From assembly GCA_027021385.1 (NCBI GenBank), contig JALUUL010000049.1, positions 17,646 through 81,645 on the forward strand: a DNA stretch of 64,000 nt, given 5' to 3'. Made by a program: the position numbers and the translations under genes. The stretch comes from Planctomycetota bacterium. Lineage in GTDB: Bacteria; Planctomycetota; UBA1135; GCA-002748355. Shown in pieces: positions 39,401 to 48,365 of this stretch (position 1 is the stretch's first letter; each line of letters begins with the position of its first letter). The notes below the pieces were generated by a model that was not told the origin of the DNA, did not search any database, and was given only the letters and a program-made list of their open reading frames with translations.

Positions 39401-41085
39401 TCCGGATCCGCCCCCGGTTCCTTGGAGGCTCACCGCCGGCGACGATCGAGGCTTGCCGTCGCTTCCTGTTCGGAGAGGGGGACGTGGGCAGACGCAGCCT
39501 TGCGTCGACGATCCGGGACTGGTCCCGGGGGAGACTGCTCCTCCGCGGGAGGATCTCGGCCTGGGAACCCCTTTCCAAACGACCGGACCCCATCCCGCGG
39601 GGGGAAGGGGAAGCGGGAGCGCTCGAAACGATCCTCTGGGGAGGGCCCGGACCTTGTCCGCTCCGCTCCGGCGCCTCTCTTCTCCTGGAAGGCCCCCCCG
39701 GCGCGGAGCGGGTGCGCCGCTGGGCGGAAGCGCTCCTCGCCCGTTTCGAGGATCCCCCCTGGCCCTCCGAAGAGGAGATCCTCGAGGATCCGCCCTCCGG
39801 AGGTCCAGCGGATCTTCCTCGATCCCCCCGGCCCCCGGCCTTGCGGTTCTTCCGCCTGGGTTGGCGGGAAGCGCGCGAGGTCCCCCCGATCCCCCGGAAC
39901 AAGCTGGCCCTTCCCGCCTCTCCAAATCGACCGACCCTCTGCCTGCTCCCCGAACCTCCGTTCCCGGGGCGGGGGAGCCTGAGCCTCGAGACCCGGGGCC
40001 CCGGCGCGCCCCCCCTCGTGCTCCGGGACCTCGGGCGGAACGACACCCTGGCGCTTCCCGGGGGCGAGGCTCCCCGCCTGCTCCGCTACCGGCCCGGGGC
40101 CCGCTGGCTCAGCCCGCAGGGCGAGGAGTTCTGGACCGGAAAGGTCCACCCCTCTCCTCCGGGTTCGGAAACCCTCGTCCTTTCGCTGACCCCCCGCTTC
40201 CGGACCGATCTCGCTGCGAGGGCCGAGATCTCAACCCGCCTCGGGGCCGGCGGAACCTGGGTCCCCCGGCAGGTCGAGGAGGGAGGGAGCGGAGGAGCCT
40301 CCCCCAAGAGGGACACCGGTCTCGGAGACCTCCGCCTGCAGGGAGGGGCCCTGTCCGGAAGCCTCCCGAAACAGCCGGGCTCCGCCCTCCGCCTCCGGAT
40401 CCGCGACGAACTCTGGTCCGGCGGGGCGCGGCTCCTCCTGCGGGCGGCCTCCACGACCGGATGCATCTCCTTCCGCCTCCAAGGAAACGAAGGAAGGTTC
40501 TGGAGCCTGGATTCCGTGAACGGACCCGTGGCGGACATCCTGACCCTCCCCCCGAGATCCGCAGGACCGGGGAAGGTTCCCGTCTGGACCCTCGACCTCG
40601 TCTCCGCCTCGGGAGGCGGAGAGCGCTTCGAGGGCCTTTCCCTGACCCTTGCCGGGACGAGCCCGCTGGTGCTCGACCTGATGGACCTTGCTCCCCCCGG
40701 AAGCCTCGTGGATCATTCCCCCGTCCTTGCCGACGGCTTCCGATACGGGCCCGTCCTCAAGCTTCCGACGACCCGGGAGGAGGGACGGGCGCTGAGCCTC
40801 CCCCTGACAGTCCCCCGGAACGGGGGACTCCTCCGGATCCGCGCCGGGCGCGCGGATCCCCGCCGCGCGGAGGACACGAATCTGCGGCTGCGTTTCCTCC
40901 CGACCGGAGGGGGGAAGGCCCGCGTCCTCTGCGGCAGGGGGCCCCTGCGCCGGGCCGGCGGGCCCTGGATCACCTACCGGATCCCCCTCGGAGACCTGGC
41001 CGGAGCGAGCGGTTTTCTCCTGTGCGAAAGCTCCGGCCCCGCCGGGGAGACCTGGATCCTCGACGCCTCGATCCGGGAGGACTGA
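36466..41085 (+). CDS. 1539-aa secreted hypothetical protein (orphan giant)
   Basis: Uninterrupted ORF with strong third-position GC bias. N-terminal hydrophobic signal MPDGRKLLACLCLPLLGF. I recognise no family motif. The helix-rich segment around aa 330-620 could be an alpha/alpha-toroid and the C-terminal half looks beta-rich, but both are guesses. Confidence 0.6.
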   Translation: MPDGRKLLACLCLPLLGFQGREPGIETGEAREEPVQTLPVEARVLPDPGGRPRLVFGLATGPGTFRPLLRLEGLRVREAGREPKPGPGFEAFTKIHRSGKTWVLRGGTPEIQAFTCRILRLSPGRFRVDFRDRIGLPVRLLDLALVYRWIAPEPPERVSTPRRCPTPEERSDDRSAGTPLLALGTGNLGIAFLPDPRTLARDRRIPRYFRIEAPAASPLCLLGAGRNRRTGDGRILPDPTRPNLLIDEDCGLRHEIWFADRGLDEDFYIRALDEVWSRGRRIRDALESSHPPSPLALPAALERSLERLFPVPGGRDALWIAPTPPTTESKRSFPPAFEAGQILDLAGDRGMELALSLWASGGEERRARASALVRTVLSAPSRGGLFPTRARVTEKGLRWIREGKGPYRTGDCARLSLLLLRWVRAGGHGSEKAVLKIRDFARFLRRNQLPTGWVPARFGDDLVPIRGEDGGDPRDALACGRFLANFAAYSGTPTDRKRAGRILEAVLAAGTRSTAQPRNVGSTGARMPASLVTPRLSAVQALDGLALSLGLGSRGTRFAAALFPLIRAWHPLWETAPLPPLLLATNEGRPPGPPAPGGEAAFLLARAWMAGAPFSWAERAAWLARHASEPADGSWLEGLRREIGEVLVDPALGKAVAFGPWKVSLEAGTRNLRLEGGRKNPRKLRIRARLPEGSSTARPWSVNGALVETRTDPKGFLVFEARPLPGLRIRFRPPSLHDHRVDLDLEADLEGFEGSEPLEVRFEVSGEGTGRLVFPAHLSQGRAHGARRARILIPAGRLPASGDLVVALTARQGTRTLRDPPQGGHRIRLGTVREADCGDDAETWLLDAGASRVVPAADGRGRARVTPPSGSFRYRIPVPASAIRLRIDLRVQGNGLLEAGGSRFRLRSEEERGFADVLLELANREDWERGRLELVFHGTSTRESGLVRIRWEALGEAAPPSEIGRKKMAETRTPPVLDLRIRPRFLGGSPPATIEACRRFLFGEGDVGRRSLASTIRDWSRGRLLLRGRISAWEPLSKRPDPIPRGEGEAGALETILWGGPGPCPLRSGASLLLEGPPGAERVRRWAEALLARFEDPPWPSEEEILEDPPSGGPADLPRSPRPPALRFFRLGWREAREVPPIPRNKLALPASPNRPTLCLLPEPPFPGRGSLSLETRGPGAPPLVLRDLGRNDTLALPGGEAPRLLRYRPGARWLSPQGEEFWTGKVHPSPPGSETLVLSLTPRFRTDLAARAEISTRLGAGGTWVPRQVEEGGSGGASPKRDTGLGDLRLQGGALSGSLPKQPGSALRLRIRDELWSGGARLLLRAASTTGCISFRLQGNEGRFWSLDSVNGPVADILTLPPRSAGPGKVPVWTLDLVSASGGGERFEGLSLTLAGTSPLVLDLMDLAPPGSLVDHSPVLADGFRYGPVLKLPTTREEGRALSLPLTVPRNGGLLRIRAGRADPRRAEDTNLRLRFLPTGGGKARVLCGRGPLRRAGGPWITYRIPLGDLAGASGFLLCESSGPAGETWILDASIRED

Positions 41086-41126
41086 GGGCGCGGCAGAGCG
41101 TCGCGGATCCGGGAATCGAGGGAGGA

Positions 41127-41143
41127 TGACACTGTGCTGACAC
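41127..41143 (+). promoter_or_regulatory. Direct repeat TGACAC-N5-TGACAC upstream of hemA (candidate OmpR-family response-regulator box)
   Basis: Exact hexamers at 41127..41132 and 41138..41143, 11-bp centre to centre, 69-85 nt upstream of the hemA ATG. A weak -10-like GACAAT lies at 41163..41168. Confidence 0.3.
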
Positions 41144-41211
41144 CCTGAACTCGAAACGACCCGACAATTCCAGCGGTTCATTCAACGGCAACCGGATCGG
41201 AGCGAAACGCG

Positions 41212-42399
41212 ATGCAACGCCTCTACCTGATCGGAACGAGTCATCAGCTTTGCGACCCCTCGAAGCTCGCAAGGCTCCCGGCGCGGGAGCGGCTCGAAAG
41301 TCTGATCGAGGATTCCTGTCAACTCGGAATCTGGAACGGCGCCGTTCTTGTCGCGACCTGCAACCGGATCGAGTTCTACCTCGATCTCGAGGGTTCCGAG
41401 GATCCCCGCCTCGATTCGCTTCGCGCCCTCTTCGGGGAACTTCCTTTCTACGAGCACGAAGGCCGCGAGGCCGCCCGCCATCTCTTCCGGGTCGCGGGCT
41501 CGCTCGACTCGATGGTCCTCGGCGAGAACCAGATTCTCGGCCAGGTCCGGCGCGCCTGGGAAAGGGCCCGGGAATCCGAGACCTGCACATCGCTTCTGGA
41601 CGGGCTCTTCCAGGAGGCGCTGTCCGCGGCGAAGGAGATCCGGAACACGACCGGCCTGGGAACGCAGTGCGTCAGTGTCGCCTCGATCGGCTGCCATGAA
41701 TTACTGGACGCCTTGTCCCCGCTCGCCGGCAGGAAACCCCGGATCGCCCTCCTTGGAGCAGGGACGATGGTGCGCAAGGCCGTCGTCACCCTCGGCGACA
41801 TCTGCGAGGCCGAACTCCTCTTCGTGAACAGGACGGCCTCGAAGGCCAGGGCCCTGGCCGAAGAGCACGACGGACGCTCGATGCCCCTCGAGTCCTTTCT
41901 CGCCTTCCCGCCGGTCCTCGACGCGATCCTCGTGGCCGTCCGTGGAGACGAACCGGTTCTCCGCCGCGAGTTCCTCGAGCGCCTGCCCCTTCCCGACACC
42001 CGGCGGATCGTCCTCCTCGATCTCGGGGTTCCCTCCTGCGTGGATCCCGAACTCGGGGACGACCCCCGCGTGCTCCGCATCGACATGGACCATCTCCAGG
42101 CCCGCAGCCGCAGGCACGCGGAGGAACGCCGCGAGGCGGCCCGGCGCGCGGAGCCGATCGCCGCGCGCCACGTCCTAGCCTTCGCCCGGCGGCTCTCCGC
42201 CCGCAGGCTCGGCCTTGAACGGGTCCGGGCCAGGCACATCGAAATGGCCGAACAGGAGTTCGAGGCCCTTGTCCGGAAGGACCTCGCCTTCCTGCCCGAG
42301 GAGGAACGCGAACGTCTGAAGCGCCGTTTCCTCCGTCTAGCCAAGGCCCACGCCCATCTCCATCTCAAGGACTTGAAGGTCCTGGCCTCGGAAACCTGA
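41212..42399 (+). CDS. hemA: Glutamyl-tRNA reductase
   Basis: VLVATCNRIEFY (catalytic Cys), HLFRVAGSLDSMVLGENQILGQV, and NADPH-binding IALLGAGTM. Confidence 0.9.
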   Translation: MQRLYLIGTSHQLCDPSKLARLPARERLESLIEDSCQLGIWNGAVLVATCNRIEFYLDLEGSEDPRLDSLRALFGELPFYEHEGREAARHLFRVAGSLDSMVLGENQILGQVRRAWERARESETCTSLLDGLFQEALSAAKEIRNTTGLGTQCVSVASIGCHELLDALSPLAGRKPRIALLGAGTMVRKAVVTLGDICEAELLFVNRTASKARALAEEHDGRSMPLESFLAFPPVLDAILVAVRGDEPVLRREFLERLPLPDTRRIVLLDLGVPSCVDPELGDDPRVLRIDMDHLQARSRRHAEERREAARRAEPIAARHVLAFARRLSARRLGLERVRARHIEMAEQEFEALVRKDLAFLPEEERERLKRRFLRLAKAHAHLHLKDLKVLASET

Positions 42400-42514
42400 T
42401 CGGTCCCCCGGCCCGGGGAGGAGTGGCGGAGCGCGGTCCCTTCCCCGAGAATCCCGGACCGGCTTCCCGCATTCCCGTCCACCGAGGACGGATCTCCGCG
42501 ACGAAGAGGACACG

Positions 42515-44140
42515 ATGATCCGCATCGGAACGAGAGGCAGCGACCTCGCCCTCTGGCAGGCGAGACACATCGCGTCCCTGATCACCGCGAAGACCGGCGA
42601 GGAGCCCCGCCTCGTCGTCGTCAAGACGAAGGGCGACCGGATCCAGGACCTTCCGTTGACGCCGGACCTCGGGAAGAGCTTCTTCACGAAGGAGATCGAG
42701 GACGGACTCCTGCGCGGGGATTTCGATCTCGCGGTCCACAGCCTGAAGGACCTCGCCGTCGAACAGCCCGAGGGGCTCTGCCTCGCCTCGGTGCCTCCCA
42801 GGGCCCCCGCCGGAGAACGGCTCCTGGTCCGGCCCGAGGCCTGGGCCCCCGAATGGTCCGGCCTGCCCCTCCGCGAGGGAGCCCGGCTCGGAACCTCCTC
42901 GCCGCGACGTCGGCTTCAGGCCGCGAGCCTCCGGCCCGATCTCGAGTTCGCCGAACTCCGCGGCAACGTCCCGACCCGCCTGCGGAAGCTGCGAGAGGGA
43001 AAATACGACGCGATCCTCCTCGCCCAGGCCGGGATCCGGCGCCTCGATCTCGACCTCGACGGGCTCGAGGTCTACGACCTCGCCCCCGAGGACTTCCCCG
43101 GAGCGCCGGGGCAGGGGGCCCTCGGGCTCCAGGCGAGGACGGACGATCGGGAGGTCCGCGCGCTCCTCGCCTCCTTCGAGGACCCCGCGACGCGGGAAGC
43201 GGTCGAGGTCGAACGAGGACTCCTGAAGGCCCTGGGAGGCGGCTGCTCCCTCCCGCTCGGGGCCCACGCGCGGAAGGACGCGGAGGGTCGCCTCCACCTG
43301 ACCGCCTTCCTGTTCCATCCGGACGGGAAGGCCCCGGCGCTGCGTTTCACCGGTTCAGGCGAATGCGGGGAAACCTTGACCGCCGCCGCGCACCGGCGTC
43401 TTGCGCCCACTCTCGAGCAACCGCTGGCCGGGACGAGGCTCCGCCTGCGCGGGGGGCCGGTCGAACCCTCCCTGGCCGGCGACCTCAGGGCGGCCGGAGC
43501 CTCGGTCGAACACGAATGCTGTTTCGAGATCGAGGATCTCGATCCCCCGGGCGAGGACCTCCAAGCCCTCGAGGAAGCCGATCACCTCTGCCTGGCGAGC
43601 AAGGGCGCGGCTTCGAGGCTGGCGGCCATCGTCCGAGACGGGAAGGCGGAGATCCGCGGGGACGCCGTCCTCGTCGTTCCGGGAAGGGGAACGGAAGAGG
43701 TCGCGGCGCGGGCCTTCCCCGGGAACCCGATCCTCCGCGCCGATCCCCCCCGCAGCGAGGGCCTGGGCAGGACCGCCCTCGCGAACGGGGCGAAGAAGGT
43801 CTGCTTCCTCGGCGCGCTGGGCGGTCGCCTCGACGGCCTGCGGATCCTCGAGGAAGCCGGGACGGTCGAGGGCAGGCACATCCCGCTCTACCGCACGAGC
43901 CTCCGGCCCGGCGAGGAGGAAGGCCCGGCGGACCCGGACTCCGATCCGGTCCTCTATCTCGCGCCCGCGGCCGTGCAGGCGCGCCCGCCGAGCGGCGGGG
44001 AGCGGCTCGTCCTCGCGCTCGGCCCGACGACCGCCCTCCCTCTCGAGGCCCTGGGCCTGCCCCGACTCGTGAAGCTCTCGTCCCCCGACCTCGAGGCCGT
44101 CCTCGGGGTCCTGCCTCCCGGGAAGGAGGAACGCTCATGA
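42515..44140 (+). CDS. hemC: Bifunctional porphobilinogen deaminase / uroporphyrinogen-III synthase (HemC-HemD fusion)
   Basis: N-terminal 300 aa: IRIGTRGSDLALWQA, KGDRIQD, AVHSLKDL, LRGNVPTRL, and GGGCSLPLGAH (dipyrromethane Cys). The C-terminal 230 aa or so has a HemD-like alternating layout (...HLCLASKGAASRL..., ...VCFLGALGG...HIPLYRT). Confidence 0.8.
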   Translation: MIRIGTRGSDLALWQARHIASLITAKTGEEPRLVVVKTKGDRIQDLPLTPDLGKSFFTKEIEDGLLRGDFDLAVHSLKDLAVEQPEGLCLASVPPRAPAGERLLVRPEAWAPEWSGLPLREGARLGTSSPRRRLQAASLRPDLEFAELRGNVPTRLRKLREGKYDAILLAQAGIRRLDLDLDGLEVYDLAPEDFPGAPGQGALGLQARTDDREVRALLASFEDPATREAVEVERGLLKALGGGCSLPLGAHARKDAEGRLHLTAFLFHPDGKAPALRFTGSGECGETLTAAAHRRLAPTLEQPLAGTRLRLRGGPVEPSLAGDLRAAGASVEHECCFEIEDLDPPGEDLQALEEADHLCLASKGAASRLAAIVRDGKAEIRGDAVLVVPGRGTEEVAARAFPGNPILRADPPRSEGLGRTALANGAKKVCFLGALGGRLDGLRILEEAGTVEGRHIPLYRTSLRPGEEEGPADPDSDPVLYLAPAAVQARPPSGGERLVLALGPTTALPLEALGLPRLVKLSSPDLEAVLGVLPPGKEERS

Positions 44141-45423
44141 CGGCGAACCACGCCCTGTTCTCCCGAGCCCTCGCCGTCCTCCCGGGCGGGGTCTCCTCCC
44201 CCGTCCGGGCCTTCGGAGCGGTCGGGGGCGAACCGATCTTCTACCGGGACGCGAAGGGCGCCCGCTTCCACGATCTCGAGGGGAGGGAATACCTCGAGTT
44301 CGTCATGTCCTGGGGCCCGATGATCCTCGGGCACGCGCATCCGCGGGTCGAGGAGGCCGTCCGCCGGGCGGTCTCCCGGGGAACGAGTTTCGGAGCCCCC
44401 TGCGAGGACGAGGTCCGGCTCGCCGAGAAGGTCCGCGACTGGCATCCCGCCGTCGAGAAGCTGCGCTTCGTCTCCTCCGGGACCGAGGCCGTCATGAGCG
44501 CGATCCGCCTGGCGAGGGCGGCGACCGGGCGCCGGCGCATCCTCAAGTTCTCGGGCTGTTACCACGGGCATTCCGACGCCCTCCTCGTGGCCGCGGGCTC
44601 CGGTCTCGCGACCTTCGGAAAACCCTCGTCCGAGGGGGTCCCCGAGGACTTCACGAAATGGACCTCCGTGCTTCCCCTCGACGACGAGGAAGCCCTCGAC
44701 CGTTTCTTCGCCGAGTTCGGAGGGGAGCTTGCCGTCGCCCTGATCGAACCCGTTCCGGCGAACAACGGCCTCCTCCTCCAACGCCGGTCCTTCCTCGAGC
44801 GCCTTCGGGAACGGACCCGGGAGCACGGCGCCCTCCTCCTCTTCGACGAGGTCATCAGCGGGTTCCGGCTGGCCAAGGGCGGCGCTTCCGAACGCCTGGG
44901 GATCACCCCCGACCTCGCGACCTTCGGCAAGGTCATCGGCGGGGGCATGCCGGTCGGAGCCTTCGGGGGTCCAATAGAGATCATGGATCTCTGCGCGCCC
45001 CTCGGTCCCGTCTACCAGGCGGGCACCCTCTCCGGGAACCCCGTCGCGATGGCCGCCGGCCTCGCGACCCTGGAGGTTCTCGAGGAGGAGGACGGGTACG
45101 CCCGCCTCGAGGACCTGGGCGCTCACCTCGAGGAGGGCTTCGCGGCCCGCGACCGGGACCGGCCCTTCCCCTTCCGGCTCGTGCGCGAGGGCTCCCTCTT
45201 CTGGCTGGCCCCGCGCATCGGCGCCGAGGCCCCGCGGAAGGCGGAGGACCTTCCCGGAGACCTCGGGCGTCTCTACGCGGACATCCACGCGGCCTTGCTC
45301 GAGCGGAGGATCTACCTCGCCCCGAGCGCGTACGAGGTCGGCTTCCTGTCGACCGCCCACGAGGAGTCCGACTGCGACCGTCTGCTCGACGTCCTCGTCG
45401 AGATCCTCGAAAAGGAAGGTTGA
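44137..45423 (+). CDS. hemL: Glutamate-1-semialdehyde 2,1-aminomutase
   Basis: ATGA overlap with the hemCD stop. Motifs LPGGVSSPVRAF, SWGPMILGHAHP, SGTEAVMSAIRLAR, DEVISGFR, FGKVIGGGMPVGAFGG. Confidence 0.95.
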   Translation: MTANHALFSRALAVLPGGVSSPVRAFGAVGGEPIFYRDAKGARFHDLEGREYLEFVMSWGPMILGHAHPRVEEAVRRAVSRGTSFGAPCEDEVRLAEKVRDWHPAVEKLRFVSSGTEAVMSAIRLARAATGRRRILKFSGCYHGHSDALLVAAGSGLATFGKPSSEGVPEDFTKWTSVLPLDDEEALDRFFAEFGGELAVALIEPVPANNGLLLQRRSFLERLRERTREHGALLLFDEVISGFRLAKGGASERLGITPDLATFGKVIGGGMPVGAFGGPIEIMDLCAPLGPVYQAGTLSGNPVAMAAGLATLEVLEEEDGYARLEDLGAHLEEGFAARDRDRPFPFRLVREGSLFWLAPRIGAEAPRKAEDLPGDLGRLYADIHAALLERRIYLAPSAYEVGFLSTAHEESDCDRLLDVLVEILEKEG

Positions 45424-45448
45424 GGCCGGTCCCCCCGGCGAAGGCGCG

Positions 45449-46630
45449 ATGCGAGGATCCCCGGGAATCACCTTTTCGCTGCTCGTCGCCCTGGTCCTCG
45501 CCCAGGTCGCCTGGTGGATCTACTTCCAGGTCCAGGACACGCGCCGCGTCGAAGTCTCGAAGCGCAAGCAGATCGAGGGGCTCTGCTACGAGGCCCTCCT
45601 CGAGATCGGGGACGACCTTCCCGAGGGCGCGAGCCCTCTCGCCGTCCGAGAGGCCCTCGAACGGAGGCTCGCGGCCCGCTACCCGATGCTCGAACTCACC
45701 GACGAGCCCGGCTCGGGAGGGGCGAGACTCGGACGGCTCCGTCCGGACATGCACGAGAGCCTGGCCTCCCTGCTCATCCGCCCGCGGGAGAAGGCCCTCC
45801 TGCGCATCCTGGACGAGGCCCGACGGCGCCGCAGGATGTTCCTGCTCGAGGGCGCGACCCTGACCCTTCTCGTCCTCCTCGGGCTGCTCCACCTCTCGAG
45901 AGCCCTCGGCCGGGAACGGAGACTCCAGGCCCAGCACGAGCGCTTCCTCGCCGGCGCGACCCACGAGCTGAAGACCCCCCTCGCCTCCCTGAAACTCGGC
46001 CTGCAGACCCTCTCCCGATCGGGGCTCGACCCGGAGCGTTCCCGGCATTACCTGAGCCGCATGAGCGGAGAGGTCGACCGGCTCCAGATCCAGATCGAGA
46101 ACCTCTTGCACATGGCCGCCGGGGATCGGTATCGCGAGCGTCGCGAGGTCGGCGACCTCCGGAAGGACGTGGCCGAGATCCTGATCGAGGTCCGCCGGCG
46201 GGCCGAGGAGAAGGGTATCGAAGTGCGATTCGAGGACGGAGAGGACCCGATTCCCGTCGAAAGGGACCGCGAGGCCCTGCGCCAGTTGGTCGGAAACCTC
46301 TTCGACAACGCCTTCAAGCACGGGCCCGAGGGGAGCACGGTCCACGCCTTCCTCGGGATCGAAGAGGGGAAGGCGGTCCTCCGCATCCGAGACGAGGGCC
46401 CCGGAGTCCCGCCAGGGGACGAGGAGCGGATCTTCGAGAAGTTCTACCGGGGGGAGGACGCCGTCTCCCTGAGCCAGGGGGGGAGCGGACTCGGGCTCTA
46501 CCTCGCCCGGCAGACCGCGCGGGCTCATGGCGGATCCCTGGAACTCGATGGAAGCGGCGGACCCGGGGCCGCCTTCGAACTCCGGCTCCCCCTCCATTCC
46601 GCCGCCGAAAGATCCCGGGAGGCGCGATGA
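45449..46630 (+). CDS. Sensor histidine kinase (two TM segments, extracytoplasmic loop of about 110 aa) embedded in the heme operon
   Basis: TM1 ITFSLLVALVLAQVAWWIYF and TM2 LEGATLTLLVLLGLLHL. H-box FLAGATHELKTPLASL. N box LVGNLFDNAFKH. G boxes RDEGPGVP and GGSGLGLYLA. Confidence 0.85.
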   Translation: MRGSPGITFSLLVALVLAQVAWWIYFQVQDTRRVEVSKRKQIEGLCYEALLEIGDDLPEGASPLAVREALERRLAARYPMLELTDEPGSGGARLGRLRPDMHESLASLLIRPREKALLRILDEARRRRRMFLLEGATLTLLVLLGLLHLSRALGRERRLQAQHERFLAGATHELKTPLASLKLGLQTLSRSGLDPERSRHYLSRMSGEVDRLQIQIENLLHMAAGDRYRERREVGDLRKDVAEILIEVRRRAEEKGIEVRFEDGEDPIPVERDREALRQLVGNLFDNAFKHGPEGSTVHAFLGIEEGKAVLRIRDEGPGVPPGDEERIFEKFYRGEDAVSLSQGGSGLGLYLARQTARAHGGSLELDGSGGPGAAFELRLPLHSAAERSREAR

Positions 46631-47322
46631 GCAGCCCCTGGATCCTGGTCGTCGAGGACGAGCCCCTGCTCGGGGAACTCCTCGTCGACAATCTCCGCCA
46701 CGAGGGTTACGGAACCGAACTCGTCCAGGACGGAAGGACCGCCCTGGAGCGGATCCGCGAGGGCGGCATCGACCTCGTCATCCTGGACCTGATGCTTCCG
46801 GGAATCGACGGCCTCAAGATCCTCGAGACCCTCCGCGGCGAGGACAACCCGGTGCCGGTCCTGATCCTCTCGGCGCGTTCCCGGGACCTCGATCGGGTCA
46901 AGGGTCTCGCCCTCGGCGCCGACGACTACCTCGGCAAGCCCTTCAACCTCAGGGAGCTCCTCCTCCGCGTCCAGGCCCTCCTCAGGCGGGCCCTCAAGAA
47001 GGAGGCCCTCGAGCCGATACGAAAGATCGAGTTCGGCGGGAACCGGGTCGACCTCGACACCTTCGAGGCGGTCACCCATGATGGGACCGAGGTCCAGTTG
47101 ACGAACCGCGAGGCGCAGCTCCTCCGCTACCTCGCGGGCAAGCCCCGCAAGGTCGTCTCCCGCAAGGAACTCCTGGACAACATCTGGGGACTCGACGCGG
47201 CCACGACTCCGAGGACGATCGACAATTTCATCGCCCGGTTCCGCAAGCTCTTCGAGAAGGACCCTCGCGACCCCGTCCATTTTCACACGCTCCGAGGCGT
47301 GGGGTACAGATTCGAACCATGA
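46627..47322 (+). CDS. OmpR/PhoB-family response regulator embedded in the heme operon
   Basis: ATGA overlaps on both sides (HK stop and hemE start). Receiver ILVVEDEP...DLVILDLMLPG...K. Winged-helix output LTNREAQLLRYL...VSRKELL...IDNFIARFRKL...LRGVGYRF. Confidence 0.9.
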   Translation: MSSPWILVVEDEPLLGELLVDNLRHEGYGTELVQDGRTALERIREGGIDLVILDLMLPGIDGLKILETLRGEDNPVPVLILSARSRDLDRVKGLALGADDYLGKPFNLRELLLRVQALLRRALKKEALEPIRKIEFGGNRVDLDTFEAVTHDGTEVQLTNREAQLLRYLAGKPRKVVSRKELLDNIWGLDAATTPRTIDNFIARFRKLFEKDPRDPVHFHTLRGVGYRFEP

Positions 47323-48365
47323 AGACGAACGAAGACGCGCCGATTCTCAAGGTTCTGCGCGGCGAGCGCGGTTCCCGCCCGCCGATCTGGTTCATGCGCC
47401 AGGCGGGACGCATCCTCCCCGAATACCGCGCGCTGAAGGAGCGGAAGACCTTCGAGGAACTCCTCCGCGACCCCGAACTGGGCTTCGAGGTCACGATGAT
47501 GCCTCTCCGGCGCCTGGAGGTCGACGCCGCCATCCTCTTCACCGACCTCCTCGTCCCCCTCGAGGCCATGGGAAACCCCGTGACCTACAAGCCGGGCCCG
47601 GTCCTGCGCTGGACCTTCGAGGGCGAGGCGGACCTCCCGCGACTCCGCGAACGGAGCCTGCCCGAGGCCGTCGAGGTCCCCCTCGAGACCGCGCGTCGGG
47701 TCCGCGCGGCCCTCCCCCCCGAGAAGACCCTGCTCGGCTTCCTCGGCGCACCCTGGACCCTCGGCGCCTACCTGGTCGAGGGCGAGGGTTCCAAGAACTG
47801 GTCGAAGTACCGGGCCTTCGCGTATCGGGAACCCGGGACCTTCGCAAGCCTGATGGAGGGACTCGCCGACGTGGTCCTGGACTTCGGGCTCGCCCAGGCT
47901 CGGGCGGGGTGCGACGCCCTGCAGCTCTTCGATTCCTGGGCGGGCGTCGCCGACCCGACCTTCTTCCGGGAACGGGTCGGCCCCTCGCTCCGGCGCATCG
48001 TCGAGGGACTGCACGAGGCGGGGATCCCGGTCATCTACTACGTCAATGGCGCGGCCGGACACCTCCGAACGATGGTGGAGACCGGGGCGGACTGCCTGGG
48101 GATCGACTGGAGGATCGACATGGCCGATGCCTGCCGGCGCCTCCCCGAGGGCCTTCCCGTCCAGGGGAACCTGGATCCGGCCGCCCTCTTCGCGGATCCC
48201 GAGGCGACCGCCGGCGCGGCCTCGCGCGTCTTGCGCGGCGCGGCCGGCCGCCCGCACATCTTCAACCTCGGGCACGGCTTCGACCCCGCGACGCCGATCG
48301 CGCACGTCGAGGCCCTCGTCCGCTTCCTCCGGACGGTCGAACCCGGGGAAGGAGATCCTTCATGA
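47319..48365 (+). CDS. hemE: Uroporphyrinogen decarboxylase
   Basis: PPIWFMRQAGRILPEYR, AAILFTDLLVPLEAMG, and a typical length of 348 aa. Confidence 0.95.
   Translation: MKTNEDAPILKVLRGERGSRPPIWFMRQAGRILPEYRALKERKTFEELLRDPELGFEVTMMPLRRLEVDAAILFTDLLVPLEAMGNPVTYKPGPVLRWTFEGEADLPRLRERSLPEAVEVPLETARRVRAALPPEKTLLGFLGAPWTLGAYLVEGEGSKNWSKYRAFAYREPGTFASLMEGLADVVLDFGLAQARAGCDALQLFDSWAGVADPTFFRERVGPSLRRIVEGLHEAGIPVIYYVNGAAGHLRTMVETGADCLGIDWRIDMADACRRLPEGLPVQGNLDPAALFADPEATAGAASRVLRGAAGRPHIFNLGHGFDPATPIAHVEALVRFLRTVEPGEGDPS

Noticed and set aside
38973-41129. 718-aa plus-strand ORF, and several minus-strand ORFs inside 36466..41085
   Set aside because: They are alternative-frame or antisense overlaps of the 1539-aa ORF. 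Their extreme R/P/G content contrasts with the coherent codon bias of the long frame.
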